This document shows, piece by piece, positions 1 to 10,496 of a stretch of DNA of 64,000 nt (position 1 is its first letter; every line of letters starts with the position of its first letter). The notes under the pieces are model-generated. The model saw nothing but the letters and a program-made list of their open reading frames with translations. It had not been told where the DNA came from and did not search any database. Position numbers and translations under genes: made by a program. Source of the stretch: Acidobacteriota bacterium (GTDB lineage: Bacteria; Acidobacteriota; UBA890; WLXD01); contig CBDBHB010000009.1 of NCBI GenBank assembly GCA_965205505.1, positions 2,400,001 through 2,464,000 of the forward strand. The letters are read 5' to 3'.

Positions 1-307
1 GCGATCCGACGGCGCACAACGAGGTAACGCCGGCGAGGCCCAAGATATCCGTTGCGTCCGGTCGTGCGCCCGCCGCCGACAGTCGGCCGCCGATGCCGAC
101 AAGCGTGAGCTGCAGAGCGACTAGCAAGGTGAGACCCCAGCCGGCGGCGACGAACGTTGCCGTTAGCAGGAGCGCTGCAACCGGGGCGGCTCGCTGGCGG
201 CCAAGTCCCAGCAACCACAGGAGCCCGCCGACCGCGACTCCGAAGGTGATCCCGGGCACGGCTCGAGCGCTGATGAGCGTGAGAAGATCGCCGGCGAGCT
301 CAGGCAT
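1..307 (-). CDS. Hydrophobic membrane protein, truncated by the window edge
   Basis: Manual translation MPELAGDLLTLISARAVPGITFGVAVGGLLWLLG...; the ATG overlaps the upstream stop (ATGCCTGA) and the frame stays open to base 1. Confidence 0.6.
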   Translation of the reverse strand, partial: MPELAGDLLTLISARAVPGITFGVAVGGLLWLLGLGRQRAAPVAALLLTATFVAAGWGLTLLVALQLTLVGIGGRLSAAGARPDATDILGLAGVTSLCAVGS

Positions 308-1265
308 CCGCGCGCATTCGCTCGCGCCAGTATTCCAGCGTCTGCCGCAGTGTCTCGGCCATCGGAATCTCGGGTTGCCATCCGAGCTCGCGCCGGGCGC
401 TCGAACCGTCGCCGATAAACAGCGGCACGTCTGCCGGCCGGAAGCGCTCCGGGTCGACAGCGACGGTGATTTCGGCCGGCGAAAGCGCCAGCAGCCCGTC
501 GAGCACTTCTTGGATGGCAACATCCTCCCCGCTGCACAGGTTGTATGTAGCTCCGGCGCGGCCGTGCTCGGCGGCGGCCCGGAAGCCGCGTACCATATCG
601 CGTACGTGAGTGAAGTCGCGCCGCGGCTCGAGATTGCCAACCCGCATGCGGGTTTCCCGTCCGGTCATCTCCGCGAGGGCGATCTGTCGGGCGAAGTCGG
701 AGCAGACGAAGGTCGGTTCCTGCCCGGGACCGGCGAAGTTGAATGGTCGCACCATGACGGTGCGGGCCATGCCGGCGTCGGCCGCTTGGCGGCCGAGCAC
801 TTCGGCGCACAGCTTGCTGGCCGCGTAGGGGCTGCGCGGTCGTGTTGCTGCCGTTTCTCCCAATGGCATGGAGCCCTCGTCGGTAGCCCCGTATACTTGG
901 CCGCTCGATACCAGGACCACCGTGGTTTCCCTGTTCGTTTGGGCGACCGCGTCGAGCATTGCGTCAGTCCCGAGGAGGTTTACCTCCAGCGTCGCTCGCC
1001 GACGCTCCCAGGAGTTCCCTACATGCGACAGCGCCGCCAGGTGGTACACGGTGTGCGGACGAACCTGTGCCAGCAACTCTGACAGGTGATCGGTATCCCG
1101 TATGTCGCCGTAGTGTAGGTCGGCGCCCTCGATGTGCTCCGACTGAAGTCGGTTGTTGCCGGGTGGCTGTGCATAGCCACACACGCGGTCGCCGCGTTCT
1201 TGTAGATCCGTCGATAAATATCTTCCGGCGAAGCCGGTGATCCCGGTGATTAACGAAGTGGCGAT
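300..1265 (-). CDS. GDP-mannose dehydratase / GDP-6-deoxy-D-mannose reductase-like extended SDR (probable ATC start)
   Basis: The in-frame ITGITGFAG motif lies upstream of the track start at 1184; HLAA, SSGQVYG, SPYAASK and RDFTHVRD motifs. Confidence 0.85.
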   Translation of the reverse strand: MATSLITGITGFAGRYLSTDLQERGDRVCGYAQPPGNNRLQSEHIEGADLHYGDIRDTDHLSELLAQVRPHTVYHLAALSHVGNSWERRRATLEVNLLGTDAMLDAVAQTNRETTVVLVSSGQVYGATDEGSMPLGETAATRPRSPYAASKLCAEVLGRQAADAGMARTVMVRPFNFAGPGQEPTFVCSDFARQIALAEMTGRETRMRVGNLEPRRDFTHVRDMVRGFRAAAEHGRAGATYNLCSGEDVAIQEVLDGLLALSPAEITVAVDPERFRPADVPLFIGDGSSARRELGWQPEIPMAETLRQTLEYWRERMRADA

Positions 1266-1310
1266 CGACCTTGCTCCGGTTGCTGGCGGGCAGAAATCGC
1301 TGGAGTGGCG

Positions 1311-2264
1311 TCAGACGCGCGCCCGCCAGTAGTCGAGAGTCTCCCGCGCTGTCTGTTCGAAGGGAATGACCGGTTCCCAACCGGTGACTGCTTTGAGCTT
1401 GGAGGCGTCGCCGAGCAGCAGTTCGACATCCGAAGGTCGAAGTCGTGCCGGGTCGACCTCGATGTTGATGTCGACCTCCGAAAACGACAGCAGGAGATCC
1501 AGCACGTCCTGGATCCTCCAAGTCTTGCCGCTGGCGATGTTGTATACGTCGCCCGCGTCGCCGTGCTCCACGATCAACCAGTAGGCGCGGACAACGTCCC
1601 GCACATCAGTAAAATCGCGTTCCGCCTCGAGGTTGCCGACGCGAATCACCGGTTTTCGCGCGCCCGCCTCGATCAAGGCTATCTGCTTGGCAAAGTTACT
1701 GACGACGAACACTTCGCCGCGGCGCGGCCCAGTGTGATTGAAGCCCCGCGTGCGGATTGTGTGGGTGCCGTAGGAGCGAAAGTACTGGTAGGCGAGCAGG
1801 TCTTGCGTGACCTTCGAGACGGCATAGGGAGACAGTGGGCGCAGCGGGTTCGCCTCGGTGATGGGAACCTCGTCGCGATGCACGAGGCCGTATTCCTCCG
1901 ACGAGCCGGCGATCTGAATTCGCGCATCGCAGCCCGTCTGGCGGAGGGCCTCGAACAGGTTCAGCTGGCCGATGATGTTCGTTTCCAGGCTCTCCGCCGG
2001 CGCATGCCACGACGTAGGCACGTGTGACTGGGCGGCCAGATGGAAGATCCAGTCCGGTCGGATCCCGTCGATCATCGACGTGACGGATGCGGCATCGCGA
2101 AGGTCGCACTCGACGATATTCAGCTGGTCGACCAGATGGTCAATGTTTTCCGTGCGAGATCGCCAGCGGCGAATGCCGTAGACATCGACCCCTTCCTGGT
2201 CGAGTGCGTACTCGGCCAGGTGCGAACCGGCGAATCCCGTGATACCGGTGATCAACACGCGCAT
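1311..2264 (-). CDS. GDP-mannose 4,6-dehydratase / Rmd-family extended SDR
   Basis: ITGITGFAGSHL, HLAAQSHV, SSEEYG, SPYAVSK and FNHTGPRR motifs; AGGAG RBS. Confidence 0.9.
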   Translation of the reverse strand: MRVLITGITGFAGSHLAEYALDQEGVDVYGIRRWRSRTENIDHLVDQLNIVECDLRDAASVTSMIDGIRPDWIFHLAAQSHVPTSWHAPAESLETNIIGQLNLFEALRQTGCDARIQIAGSSEEYGLVHRDEVPITEANPLRPLSPYAVSKVTQDLLAYQYFRSYGTHTIRTRGFNHTGPRRGEVFVVSNFAKQIALIEAGARKPVIRVGNLEAERDFTDVRDVVRAYWLIVEHGDAGDVYNIASGKTWRIQDVLDLLLSFSEVDINIEVDPARLRPSDVELLLGDASKLKAVTGWEPVIPFEQTARETLDYWRARV

Positions 2265-2356
2265 ACGGTGCTCCTTCTGAGAAGATCACGCTCAGGGAGC
2301 TTACACACGCTGTCGTCCGTTCGCGTGCCCCGGCCGAGCGGCGGGATCTGAGGCGT

Positions 2357-4621
2357 CTATTGAGCTTGACGATGGCTGTCGAACCCGAAGCTGCCGACCT
2401 GCGCGAGGTTCAGCAACAGGGCGAACTGCGTCTCCTGGCGATCGAGGAAGTTGAGCCGCCTGACGTCGAGCCCGAGCGAGCAGCATTGCAAGTTCCATTG
2501 CACGCTGCCGGTGATGTTCTGCAGCTCATTTTTGAACAGGTCCATGCCGACGCGGGAGCCGAGTGTCAAGCGCTGGGCGAACAGGTTGACGTCGCCCCAG
2601 ACTTGCATCGTGTTGCTGGTGGTTTGCACCAAGACCTGGGTCATGTCCTGGGGGTCGAGGAAGTTACTCACACCGCGGAACCAGCTCAGCCCCACGCCGG
2701 AGCCCAGGCCGAGCATCTCGCCCGATACGGTGTAGCTGGCAGGAGTGAATGAGGGAGTGAAGCTCACATTGCCCTGGATATAGAACCGGGCGCTGGGTGT
2801 AAAGCGCGTGGTCAAGAACCAAGGCAGCCGTACCCGCGGGACACCCAACTCCTCTTCTACCAGAGTCAGCGGGTCGAGATTGTAGACGCGGCCGACTGTG
2901 ATCTCGGCGGACTGCCAGACCATGCGCTCCGCGGCGTTTGGGTCAGGGTAGCGTTTGGCGAAGAGCCGAGTGGTTATCTCCGCGGTCAGGCTCTGGTTGT
3001 CGGCGATGGCGAAATCGATCTCGTCGAAGAGAATGATGCGCGCCAACTGCACGGGCTTCGCGTTGATCGGGCGCACGCGTCGATACACGACACGTGGCTG
3101 AATGACGTGCTTGAGCCGTGGCGAGTACTCGCTCCCCGGAGTGTCGTAGATCTTGAACAGCGATGGGCCCACCATCTCGACGCCGGTCTCGTAGAAGTTC
3201 CGGGAGATGGGATTCGCGCCGAAATTGAATTCGTCCTTCCGGGTGCGATGCGACCAGCGTGTCGAGCGGTAGCGGAAGAACGGATTGAACGTCAACCATG
3301 GGATCTGCGTCAGCTGGACCGACACTTCCGGATACACGTCAAAGCGGTTGTAAACACCACCGTCGATCTTCGTTTGCCTGATCTTTTCTTCGATGCGCAG
3401 CTTCTGTAGCCGCGCGACCGAAGCTTGGCCGGCGACGTAGATCGGCCCCAGAAGCTGCGTGCTGCGCAAGCTGTAGCGCAGCATTGGTAGCCGGCGCCCG
3501 ATGGTCGACAACGCGTCGCTGTCGAAGCGCTGGTTGCTGCTGCCAACCAGCGACAGTGTGTTAGCACCCCAGTTCTTGGTGAGCTCGCCAGTAAAGTAAG
3601 ACTGCCGCTGTAGGAATCTGTTGATGTCGTCTTGAAACTGGCGGGCGAACTCGGTGCTGCTTATCGAGTCGGCGCTAAGTCGGAACGTGGTTCCGCCCGG
3701 CAGGGGCTGGATATGCGTCGCACTAATGAGGAAGCCGCGCTCGAACGAAAACTTGCCGGCGTCCAGCTCCTCTTGCGTGGCCTCCTTGCCCGGCAAGAAA
3801 TAGGCGCGGACCGAACCGTTGGCACTATCGCCGAGGGCATGCCGGAACTCGGCTGAGTAGCCGTTGCCGGCGTTGGAGTAGTGCTCGTACGATAGCGTCA
3901 AATCGGCACTGCGATTGATGGCCCAAAAAAACGTCTCGGCCACCGAGAAGCCTTTGCGACTCGAGGTCGCGAGCGCCGGAATCAGCAATCCGGTTTGCCG
4001 CGCTGAATCCTGAAGCGGCCAGACCATGAAAGGCAGACCGAACAAGGGTAGGCCCTTTACGCGAATATGCGGCCAGGCCATGCGTACGTACTTGCCGGGC
4101 TTGAAGGTCATGCTGCTGCCGCGAAACTCCCAGATCGACGTGGTCTGGCTACACGGCGTCAGCACGAAGTTATCGCCACGGAACTTGCCTGGCTCGATCT
4201 GCTCGAGATGCGACGCGCGCACGTAGAACGGGCCCGGTGCCACGCCGATCACGTCTTCCATCTCGAGCGTGGCGTCATCCAGGTCGCCGCGCATGGCGCT
4301 GCCGTTGAGCAGCAGCGCTCCTTGCCCGAACGAGACGTTGCCGATGGCCTCGAAGCTCAGCTCGTCGGTATCGAAGCTGATCACGTCGGCCATCAACCGA
4401 ATCCCGCGCAGGGCGTCGACGACATCGACGTCTCCTGTGAGATGGAAGACCGTGCCCTCGATGCGAACGTTCCGATACTCCACCGTGCAACATGCGGCGA
4501 GCCCCAACGGAATCCCGGCCTGCTGAGCCTCCGCACGGCCAGCAAGGCCGGCCAACGCGGCAACCGCCAAGACGCCGACTGTCCATGTGTGAGGCGGAAG
4601 CTGTGGCTGGAGATCGAGCAT
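2357..4621 (-). CDS. lptD: LPS assembly outer-membrane protein LptD
   Basis: Signal peptide, OstA-like N-terminus, TPC..W and RQTGLLIP motifs, beta-barrel ending LQCCSLG..FALLLNLAQVGSFG. Confidence 0.8.
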   Translation of the reverse strand: MLDLQPQLPPHTWTVGVLAVAALAGLAGRAEAQQAGIPLGLAACCTVEYRNVRIEGTVFHLTGDVDVVDALRGIRLMADVISFDTDELSFEAIGNVSFGQGALLLNGSAMRGDLDDATLEMEDVIGVAPGPFYVRASHLEQIEPGKFRGDNFVLTPCSQTTSIWEFRGSSMTFKPGKYVRMAWPHIRVKGLPLFGLPFMVWPLQDSARQTGLLIPALATSSRKGFSVAETFFWAINRSADLTLSYEHYSNAGNGYSAEFRHALGDSANGSVRAYFLPGKEATQEELDAGKFSFERGFLISATHIQPLPGGTTFRLSADSISSTEFARQFQDDINRFLQRQSYFTGELTKNWGANTLSLVGSSNQRFDSDALSTIGRRLPMLRYSLRSTQLLGPIYVAGQASVARLQKLRIEEKIRQTKIDGGVYNRFDVYPEVSVQLTQIPWLTFNPFFRYRSTRWSHRTRKDEFNFGANPISRNFYETGVEMVGPSLFKIYDTPGSEYSPRLKHVIQPRVVYRRVRPINAKPVQLARIILFDEIDFAIADNQSLTAEITTRLFAKRYPDPNAAERMVWQSAEITVGRVYNLDPLTLVEEELGVPRVRLPWFLTTRFTPSARFYIQGNVSFTPSFTPASYTVSGEMLGLGSGVGLSWFRGVSNFLDPQDMTQVLVQTTSNTMQVWGDVNLFAQRLTLGSRVGMDLFKNELQNITGSVQWNLQCCSLGLDVRRLNFLDRQETQFALLLNLAQVGSFGFDSHRQAQ

Positions 4622-4706
4622 ACGGAGTCGAATTAGGTCGCTTCGGACAGTGACATAGCGATGGCCTGGGCCACCCCTGAATCCAGAGCCGAGGTCATTG
4701 TAGCGC

Positions 4707-4882
4707 CTAGTGTCCCGGGAGGTTCGTTGGAATTGACCAAGCCCTCCGGGCGGCGGCGGGACGGGACGATCCCTTTGTCGCGGCTCCTGGACGATGTGCC
4801 AACATCGCCTCCGTGGCCGCTCCGCGGACTCGTCCCGTGGCGCTCGCTACAGGCGTACCACTACTTGTGGGCGTAGCACTAG
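4707..4882. mobile_element. Family-1 miniature element, single-arm 176-bp copy
   Basis: CTAGTGTCC...AGCACTAG ends; core GACGATG-tgccaa-CATCGCC matches the arms of the 8404 and 56450 copies. Confidence 0.7.
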
Positions 4883-4991
4883 CAGGTTGCCGAATAACAC
4901 TGGTGGGCCTGGCACGTGGGTCTCGCTGGCGAGATCAAGGAGAAGCGAAGAGACGGTAGCCAAACCACCAGAGGCCTTCAGCACCCTGTTA
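4880..4991. mobile_element. Family-2 miniature element, 112 bp, ending at the folC stop codon
   Basis: Terminal inverted repeat TAGCAGGTTGCCGAA / TTCAGCACCCTGTTA (12/15), inner CTGGTGG/CCACCAG pair; similar to 41485-41574. Confidence 0.65.
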
Positions 4992-6329
4992 GACGAGGGG
5001 CGGGTCCGGTCGCGGATTTGCGGCGCTTGCTGCCAGCAACAACGGTCGCAGCTCGCCGAGCAGGTAGATGGAGCCGGTAACACAGATCAGATCTTCTTTG
5101 TCGGCGAGCTCATGCGCGCGGGCCAGGGCGTCCGCCGGATCGTCAATGGCAACTGCCGTATCCGGGGCCGGAGCCGCGGCGAGCAACTCCTCGGGCCGGG
5201 GACTGCGCGGCGATGGTGGTCGCGTTGTGATCAACGTGTCGGCTCGTGGGTACAACAGCTGCGCCATTCCGGCGATGTCCTTGTCGTCGAGGGCGCCGAA
5301 CACCAGGTGCAGCCGGCGGAACCGGCTGGCGTCGCGAAGCCGATCCAGATAGCCGGTCAACGCGACCGCTGCGTCTGGGTTGTGCGCACCATCCAGCAAG
5401 ATCGGCGGCGAGCCCTCGAACCATTCACATCGCCCTGCGATCCAGGCGCGGCGGAGTCCTGCCCAGATAGCGTCGGAGTTGATACGCAAGCGACGGCGAT
5501 CGAGGGCCTCGGCAGCGAGCACGGCACAGCGTGCGTTTTCGACCTGGTGCGACCCGGCCAGCGCGAGCTGCAGCCCGCCGTACGAGCGCATCCGTGCCTC
5601 GAGGTCGAAAGTGTGGCGCAAGCGGGAGTCGACATCACGGACGTCGACCGGGAAATCGGTGGCCCTCAACAGTGTGATCTCGCGCTCCTGCGCGCGCCGC
5701 TCGATCACCTCGGCAACCGCCGGCGGCTGGGGAGCAACGACTGCCACGCCGCCAGGCGGCGCAACAGCGAACTTCTCCTCGGCGATCTGGGCGATATCGT
5801 CCCCGAGCCAATCGGTGTGGTCGAGCGCGATCGGTGTGATCACCGCGACCCTCGGCCTGGTCACGTTGGTAGCGTCGAGGCGGCCCCCTAGACCGACCTC
5901 GAGCACTGCGAGATCTACGCGCGCTTCGGCGAAGTAACGGAACGCCACCGCGGTGAGGATCTCGAAATAACTGGGCGACTGCTCCATTCGGCCGCTGTCG
6001 ATGAGCTCGTCAACGGCAGCGAACACCGCGACGAGGTGGGCTTCCAGGCTGCTCTGTGAGATCGGACGCCCGTCGATCTGGAAGCGCTCGTCGAGATCGT
6101 GCAGGTGCGGCGAAGAGTAAACGCCGACCCGCAGGCCCGCGGCGAGGCCGATGGCCCCTAACATCGCCGTTGTCGAGCCCTTGCCGTTGGTGCCGGCGAC
6201 GACCGATGTCGGATAGCGTTTGTGCGGGTTCCCGAGCCCCTCTAGCAAGTTGCGGATACGCTCGAGGCCCGGCGTCATGTTATCGGGGCCCAGCTGCTCC
6301 AGTCGCCGGCGCGCCGCAGACACGTTCAT
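4989..6329 (-). CDS. folC: Folylpolyglutamate synthase / dihydrofolate synthase
   Basis: VAGTNGKGST, EVGLGGRLDATNV and LDGAHNP motifs. Confidence 0.97.
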   Translation of the reverse strand: MNVSAARRRLEQLGPDNMTPGLERIRNLLEGLGNPHKRYPTSVVAGTNGKGSTTAMLGAIGLAAGLRVGVYSSPHLHDLDERFQIDGRPISQSSLEAHLVAVFAAVDELIDSGRMEQSPSYFEILTAVAFRYFAEARVDLAVLEVGLGGRLDATNVTRPRVAVITPIALDHTDWLGDDIAQIAEEKFAVAPPGGVAVVAPQPPAVAEVIERRAQEREITLLRATDFPVDVRDVDSRLRHTFDLEARMRSYGGLQLALAGSHQVENARCAVLAAEALDRRRLRINSDAIWAGLRRAWIAGRCEWFEGSPPILLDGAHNPDAAVALTGYLDRLRDASRFRRLHLVFGALDDKDIAGMAQLLYPRADTLITTRPPSPRSPRPEELLAAAPAPDTAVAIDDPADALARAHELADKEDLICVTGSIYLLGELRPLLLAASAANPRPDPPLV

Positions 6330-6351
6330 TGGCCGGTACGACAGTGTCGCC

Positions 6352-7251
6352 TCAGGAGGAAACCTCGTCGGCCGTTAGCCGCGCCGCAGCCAGCGCCTCG
6401 GCCGCAGCGAAACCGAGGTGCCGGAGCACTGTCGCCAGCGTCTGCTTGAGCTCGCTGCGCGGCACCACCAGATCGAGCATGCCATGCGCCAGCAGAAACT
6501 CACTGCGCTGGAACCCCTCGGGCAGCCGCTCGCGAATGGTCTGCTCGATCACCCGCGGCCCGGCGAAGCCGATCAACGCATGCGGCTCGGCGATGTTCAG
6601 ATCCCCGAGCATCGCGAACGATGCCGTCACTCCACCCGTTGTCGGGTCTGTAAGCACGGAGAGAAATGGCAGCGACGCCGCTGACACTCGAGATAGAGCC
6701 GCTGAGATCTTCGCCATCTGCATCAGCGATTGCGCCCCCTCCTGCATCCGAGCTCCGCCGGAGCAAGACACTACGATCAACGGCACGCGCAACTCGAGCG
6801 CGCGCTCTGCCGCCCGAGTTATCTTCTCGCCGACTACCGACCCCATGGAGCCACCCATGAAGCCGTATTCCATAGCCGCGAAGACGACGGCAATGCCCTC
6901 GAGACAGGCGTCGGCGGTAATCACCGCGTCGTTGAGGCCAGTGCGCTCCTGGTAGTCGGTGAGGCGATCGCGGTAGCGCTTGGTATCGCGAAAACGCAGC
7001 GAGTCCGTGGGTGCCAGCTGCTCGCCGAATTCGGTCCATTGGCCGTCATCACACAGCAGCGACAGCCGGCCGCTGGCCGATATGCGAAAGTGATAGCTGC
7101 ATTTCGGGCAGACGCTGGAGTTTCGCAGGATCTCCTTGCGATAGACGATTTCGCGACAGTTGTTGCACCTGGTCCAAAGGCCCGACGGCATATCCGGGCG
7201 ACGGTCACCGACCGCGCGCCTCGACGTACGTTTCTTGCGAAACCAGGCCAT
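6352..7251 (-). CDS. accD: Acetyl-CoA carboxylase carboxyltransferase beta subunit
   Basis: Zinc finger CNNC..CPKC, GGSMGSVVGEK, SGGARMQEG and GFAGPRVIEQT motifs. Confidence 0.98.
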   Translation of the reverse strand: MAWFRKKRTSRRAVGDRRPDMPSGLWTRCNNCREIVYRKEILRNSSVCPKCSYHFRISASGRLSLLCDDGQWTEFGEQLAPTDSLRFRDTKRYRDRLTDYQERTGLNDAVITADACLEGIAVVFAAMEYGFMGGSMGSVVGEKITRAAERALELRVPLIVVSCSGGARMQEGAQSLMQMAKISAALSRVSAASLPFLSVLTDPTTGGVTASFAMLGDLNIAEPHALIGFAGPRVIEQTIRERLPEGFQRSEFLLAHGMLDLVVPRSELKQTLATVLRHLGFAAAEALAAARLTADEVSS

Positions 7252-7363
7252 GGTGGAAGCTTGACAAAGTGCAGATAGCGTCGCGAAAGTGTTCGCCGAA
7301 ATCGAAACTCCACCAGAGATCGTAACGATCGACAGCGAACAGCGTCAACCGAATGGAGTATGG

Positions 7364-8403
<1,040 letters not shown>

Positions 8404-8407
<4 letters not shown>

Positions 8408-8682
8408 TGCTCCTGATCATAAGTACGGTGACGTTTGTGGCGCGCGCGACCGGGGCGAATTGTAGGAGCGGCGACGAGGGCGATGCTGGGTGTATCGTCG
8501 AGGCGCCGCGACGCCCAAGGTGGCCGGTCCCGCGGCCACCCGGAGGGCAGGAGCGATATGCGGGCGATCTCGGCGTCAGGGCTCCTCGAGGATGGCTAAG
8601 GCATCGCCTTCCTCACCCTTCCTTGATCTCGCCCGCATCTCGCTCCTGCAAACGTCACCGTACTTATGATCAGGAGCACTAG
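8404..8682. mobile_element. Family-1 miniature inverted-repeat element, full 279-bp copy
   Basis: Perfect 34-bp inverted repeat CTAGTGCTCCTGATCATAAGTACGGTGACGTTTG at 8404-8437 and 8649-8682; two internal hairpin arms. Confidence 0.9.
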
Positions 8683-9744
8683 ATGGTGATCCTGGGCATC
8701 GAAACGTCGTGCGACGACACCGGTGTGGCGATCGTCGAGGACGGGCACAGGGTGCTCGCAAACCGCGTATCGTCGCAGCCGGAGCACCAACCTTTCGGAG
8801 GGGTGGTACCCGAGATCGCCGCGCGCAAGCACGTCGAGGCGCTTCCGGGCATGCTCGAGGCGGTGCTAGGGTCCGCCGATCTGGAACTTGACGGTATCGA
8901 TGCCATTGCGGTGACGCGCGGGCCGGGTTTGATCGGCGCGTTGCTGGCCGGCTGGTGCTTCGGGCGGGGGTTGGCGCGAGCTTGTCGATTGCCCTACGTC
9001 GGTATTCATCACCTCGCGGCGCACGTACACGGCGCGCTGATGCCGGCACTGACGGCCGGCAACGATATTCGGTATCCGCTCCTGGCGCTGATTGTCTCGG
9101 GCGGGCACACGGCCCTCTACCGAGTAGAGAGAGGGCCGCTATACGAACGGCTGGGCACCACTCGCGATGATGCCGCTGGCGAAGCCTTCGACAAGCTTGC
9201 CAAGCTCCTCGAACTGGGTTTTCCTGGCGGGCCGATCATAGATCGGCTCGCCGCCAGCGGTGATCCGCTACGATTCGCATTGCCGCGTGCCGACCTGGGC
9301 CTGGAGTTTTCTTTCTCGGGGGTGAAGGCAGCGGCGCGCCGCCTGGCACTGGCGGATGCCTTGCCGCCAGCCTCTCCCGCGGATCAGCGAGTACGCGACC
9401 TCGCCGCGAGCTTCCAGTGCGCAGTTGTCGACATGCTCGTCGACACCACGAGCCGTGCGGCGTGGCTCCACCCGGCACGCGGACTCGTCCTTACGGGCGG
9501 CGTGGCGGCGAACCGCGATCTTCGAAGGAGATTCGCCGCGCTCGCTGACGACCTAGACCTGCCGCTCTACGTATCTCCGCGCGAGCTTTCGACCGACAAC
9601 GCAGCGATGGTGGCCGGTGCCGGCTACAGTCGGCTCAGGCGCGGCGACAGCGACGTGCTCAACCTTCCGGCGCACGCCAGTTGGCCGTTGGGCGACCCGA
9701 CCCCTGACCCTGGTACAATTCGAAATAATCACGTTGCCCCGTAG
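8683..9744 (+). CDS. tsaD: tRNA t6A N6-threonylcarbamoyltransferase
   Basis: LGIETSCDDT, GGVVPEIAARKH, HHLAAH, DDAAGEAFDK and TDNAAM motifs. Confidence 0.98.
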   Translation: MVILGIETSCDDTGVAIVEDGHRVLANRVSSQPEHQPFGGVVPEIAARKHVEALPGMLEAVLGSADLELDGIDAIAVTRGPGLIGALLAGWCFGRGLARACRLPYVGIHHLAAHVHGALMPALTAGNDIRYPLLALIVSGGHTALYRVERGPLYERLGTTRDDAAGEAFDKLAKLLELGFPGGPIIDRLAASGDPLRFALPRADLGLEFSFSGVKAAARRLALADALPPASPADQRVRDLAASFQCAVVDMLVDTTSRAAWLHPARGLVLTGGVAANRDLRRRFAALADDLDLPLYVSPRELSTDNAAMVAGAGYSRLRRGDSDVLNLPAHASWPLGDPTPDPGTIRNNHVAP

Positions 9745-9792
9745 CGGCGGGTCAAACGACCTGTGCCGTGAACCGGCCACCGCGAGCCGCCG

Positions 9793-10443
9793 ATGCAGAA
9801 ATCGACCTTGCGCGAGTATTTAGAATCGATCCTGATAGCTGCCATCCTGGCGCTTTTCATCCGTACGTTCGTATTCCAAGCATTCAAGATCCCGACTGGG
9901 TCGATGGAGCCGAACCTTCTGGTCGGCGACCACATCGTGGTTAACAAATTCGTGTACGGCCCGGGCGGGCGGGGATCCTTCATCCTGCCCATCGCGGAGA
10001 TCAACCGCGGTGATGTCATTGTCTTTCGTGCTCCCCAGGAGCCCGACAAGGACTTCATAAAGCGGGTCGTGGGAATCGGCGGCGACAAGATCGAGATCCA
10101 GGACGGGGTCGTCCGGGTGAACGACGAGATCGTCGACGAGCCGTTCGCGCGTCATACGTCAAGTTTCGGCAGTCATCGCGACTACGGTCCGATCCAGGTT
10201 CCCGATGGCGAGTATTTTTGCATGGGCGACAATCGCGACAATAGCCGCGACTCGCGCTACTGGGGGACCGTTCCTCGCCGATTGGTCAAAGGGCGTGCGG
10301 TGGCGGTGTACTGGTCATTCGATGCGCCGTCGCGAACCTACTTCGCCACCGGCTTTGGCGACCGCCTCGTTCAGCTCGGTAAGTTGTTGCCGAGCTTCTT
10401 TACCCGGACGCGTTGGGAACGGACCTTCCAGATGATCCGTTAG
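9793..10443 (+). CDS. lepB: Signal peptidase I
   Basis: IPTGSMEP, FIKRVVG and GDNRDNSRDSRYWG motifs. Confidence 0.97.
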   Translation: MQKSTLREYLESILIAAILALFIRTFVFQAFKIPTGSMEPNLLVGDHIVVNKFVYGPGGRGSFILPIAEINRGDVIVFRAPQEPDKDFIKRVVGIGGDKIEIQDGVVRVNDEIVDEPFARHTSSFGSHRDYGPIQVPDGEYFCMGDNRDNSRDSRYWGTVPRRLVKGRAVAVYWSFDAPSRTYFATGFGDRLVQLGKLLPSFFTRTRWERTFQMIR

Positions 10444-10496
10444 CTTTACGGGTGTGAGAGGCCGCTGGTCTGTCACCTCGCGCAACGAAGTGAGGC

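Noticed and set aside
4708-4806. 32-aa minus-strand ORF with GGAGG upstream of lptD
   Set aside because: It lies wholly inside the family-1 element and ends at its CTAG
4858-4873. NrdR-like box upstream of lptD
   Set aside because: One base short of the consensus, single, and explained as a family-1 right end
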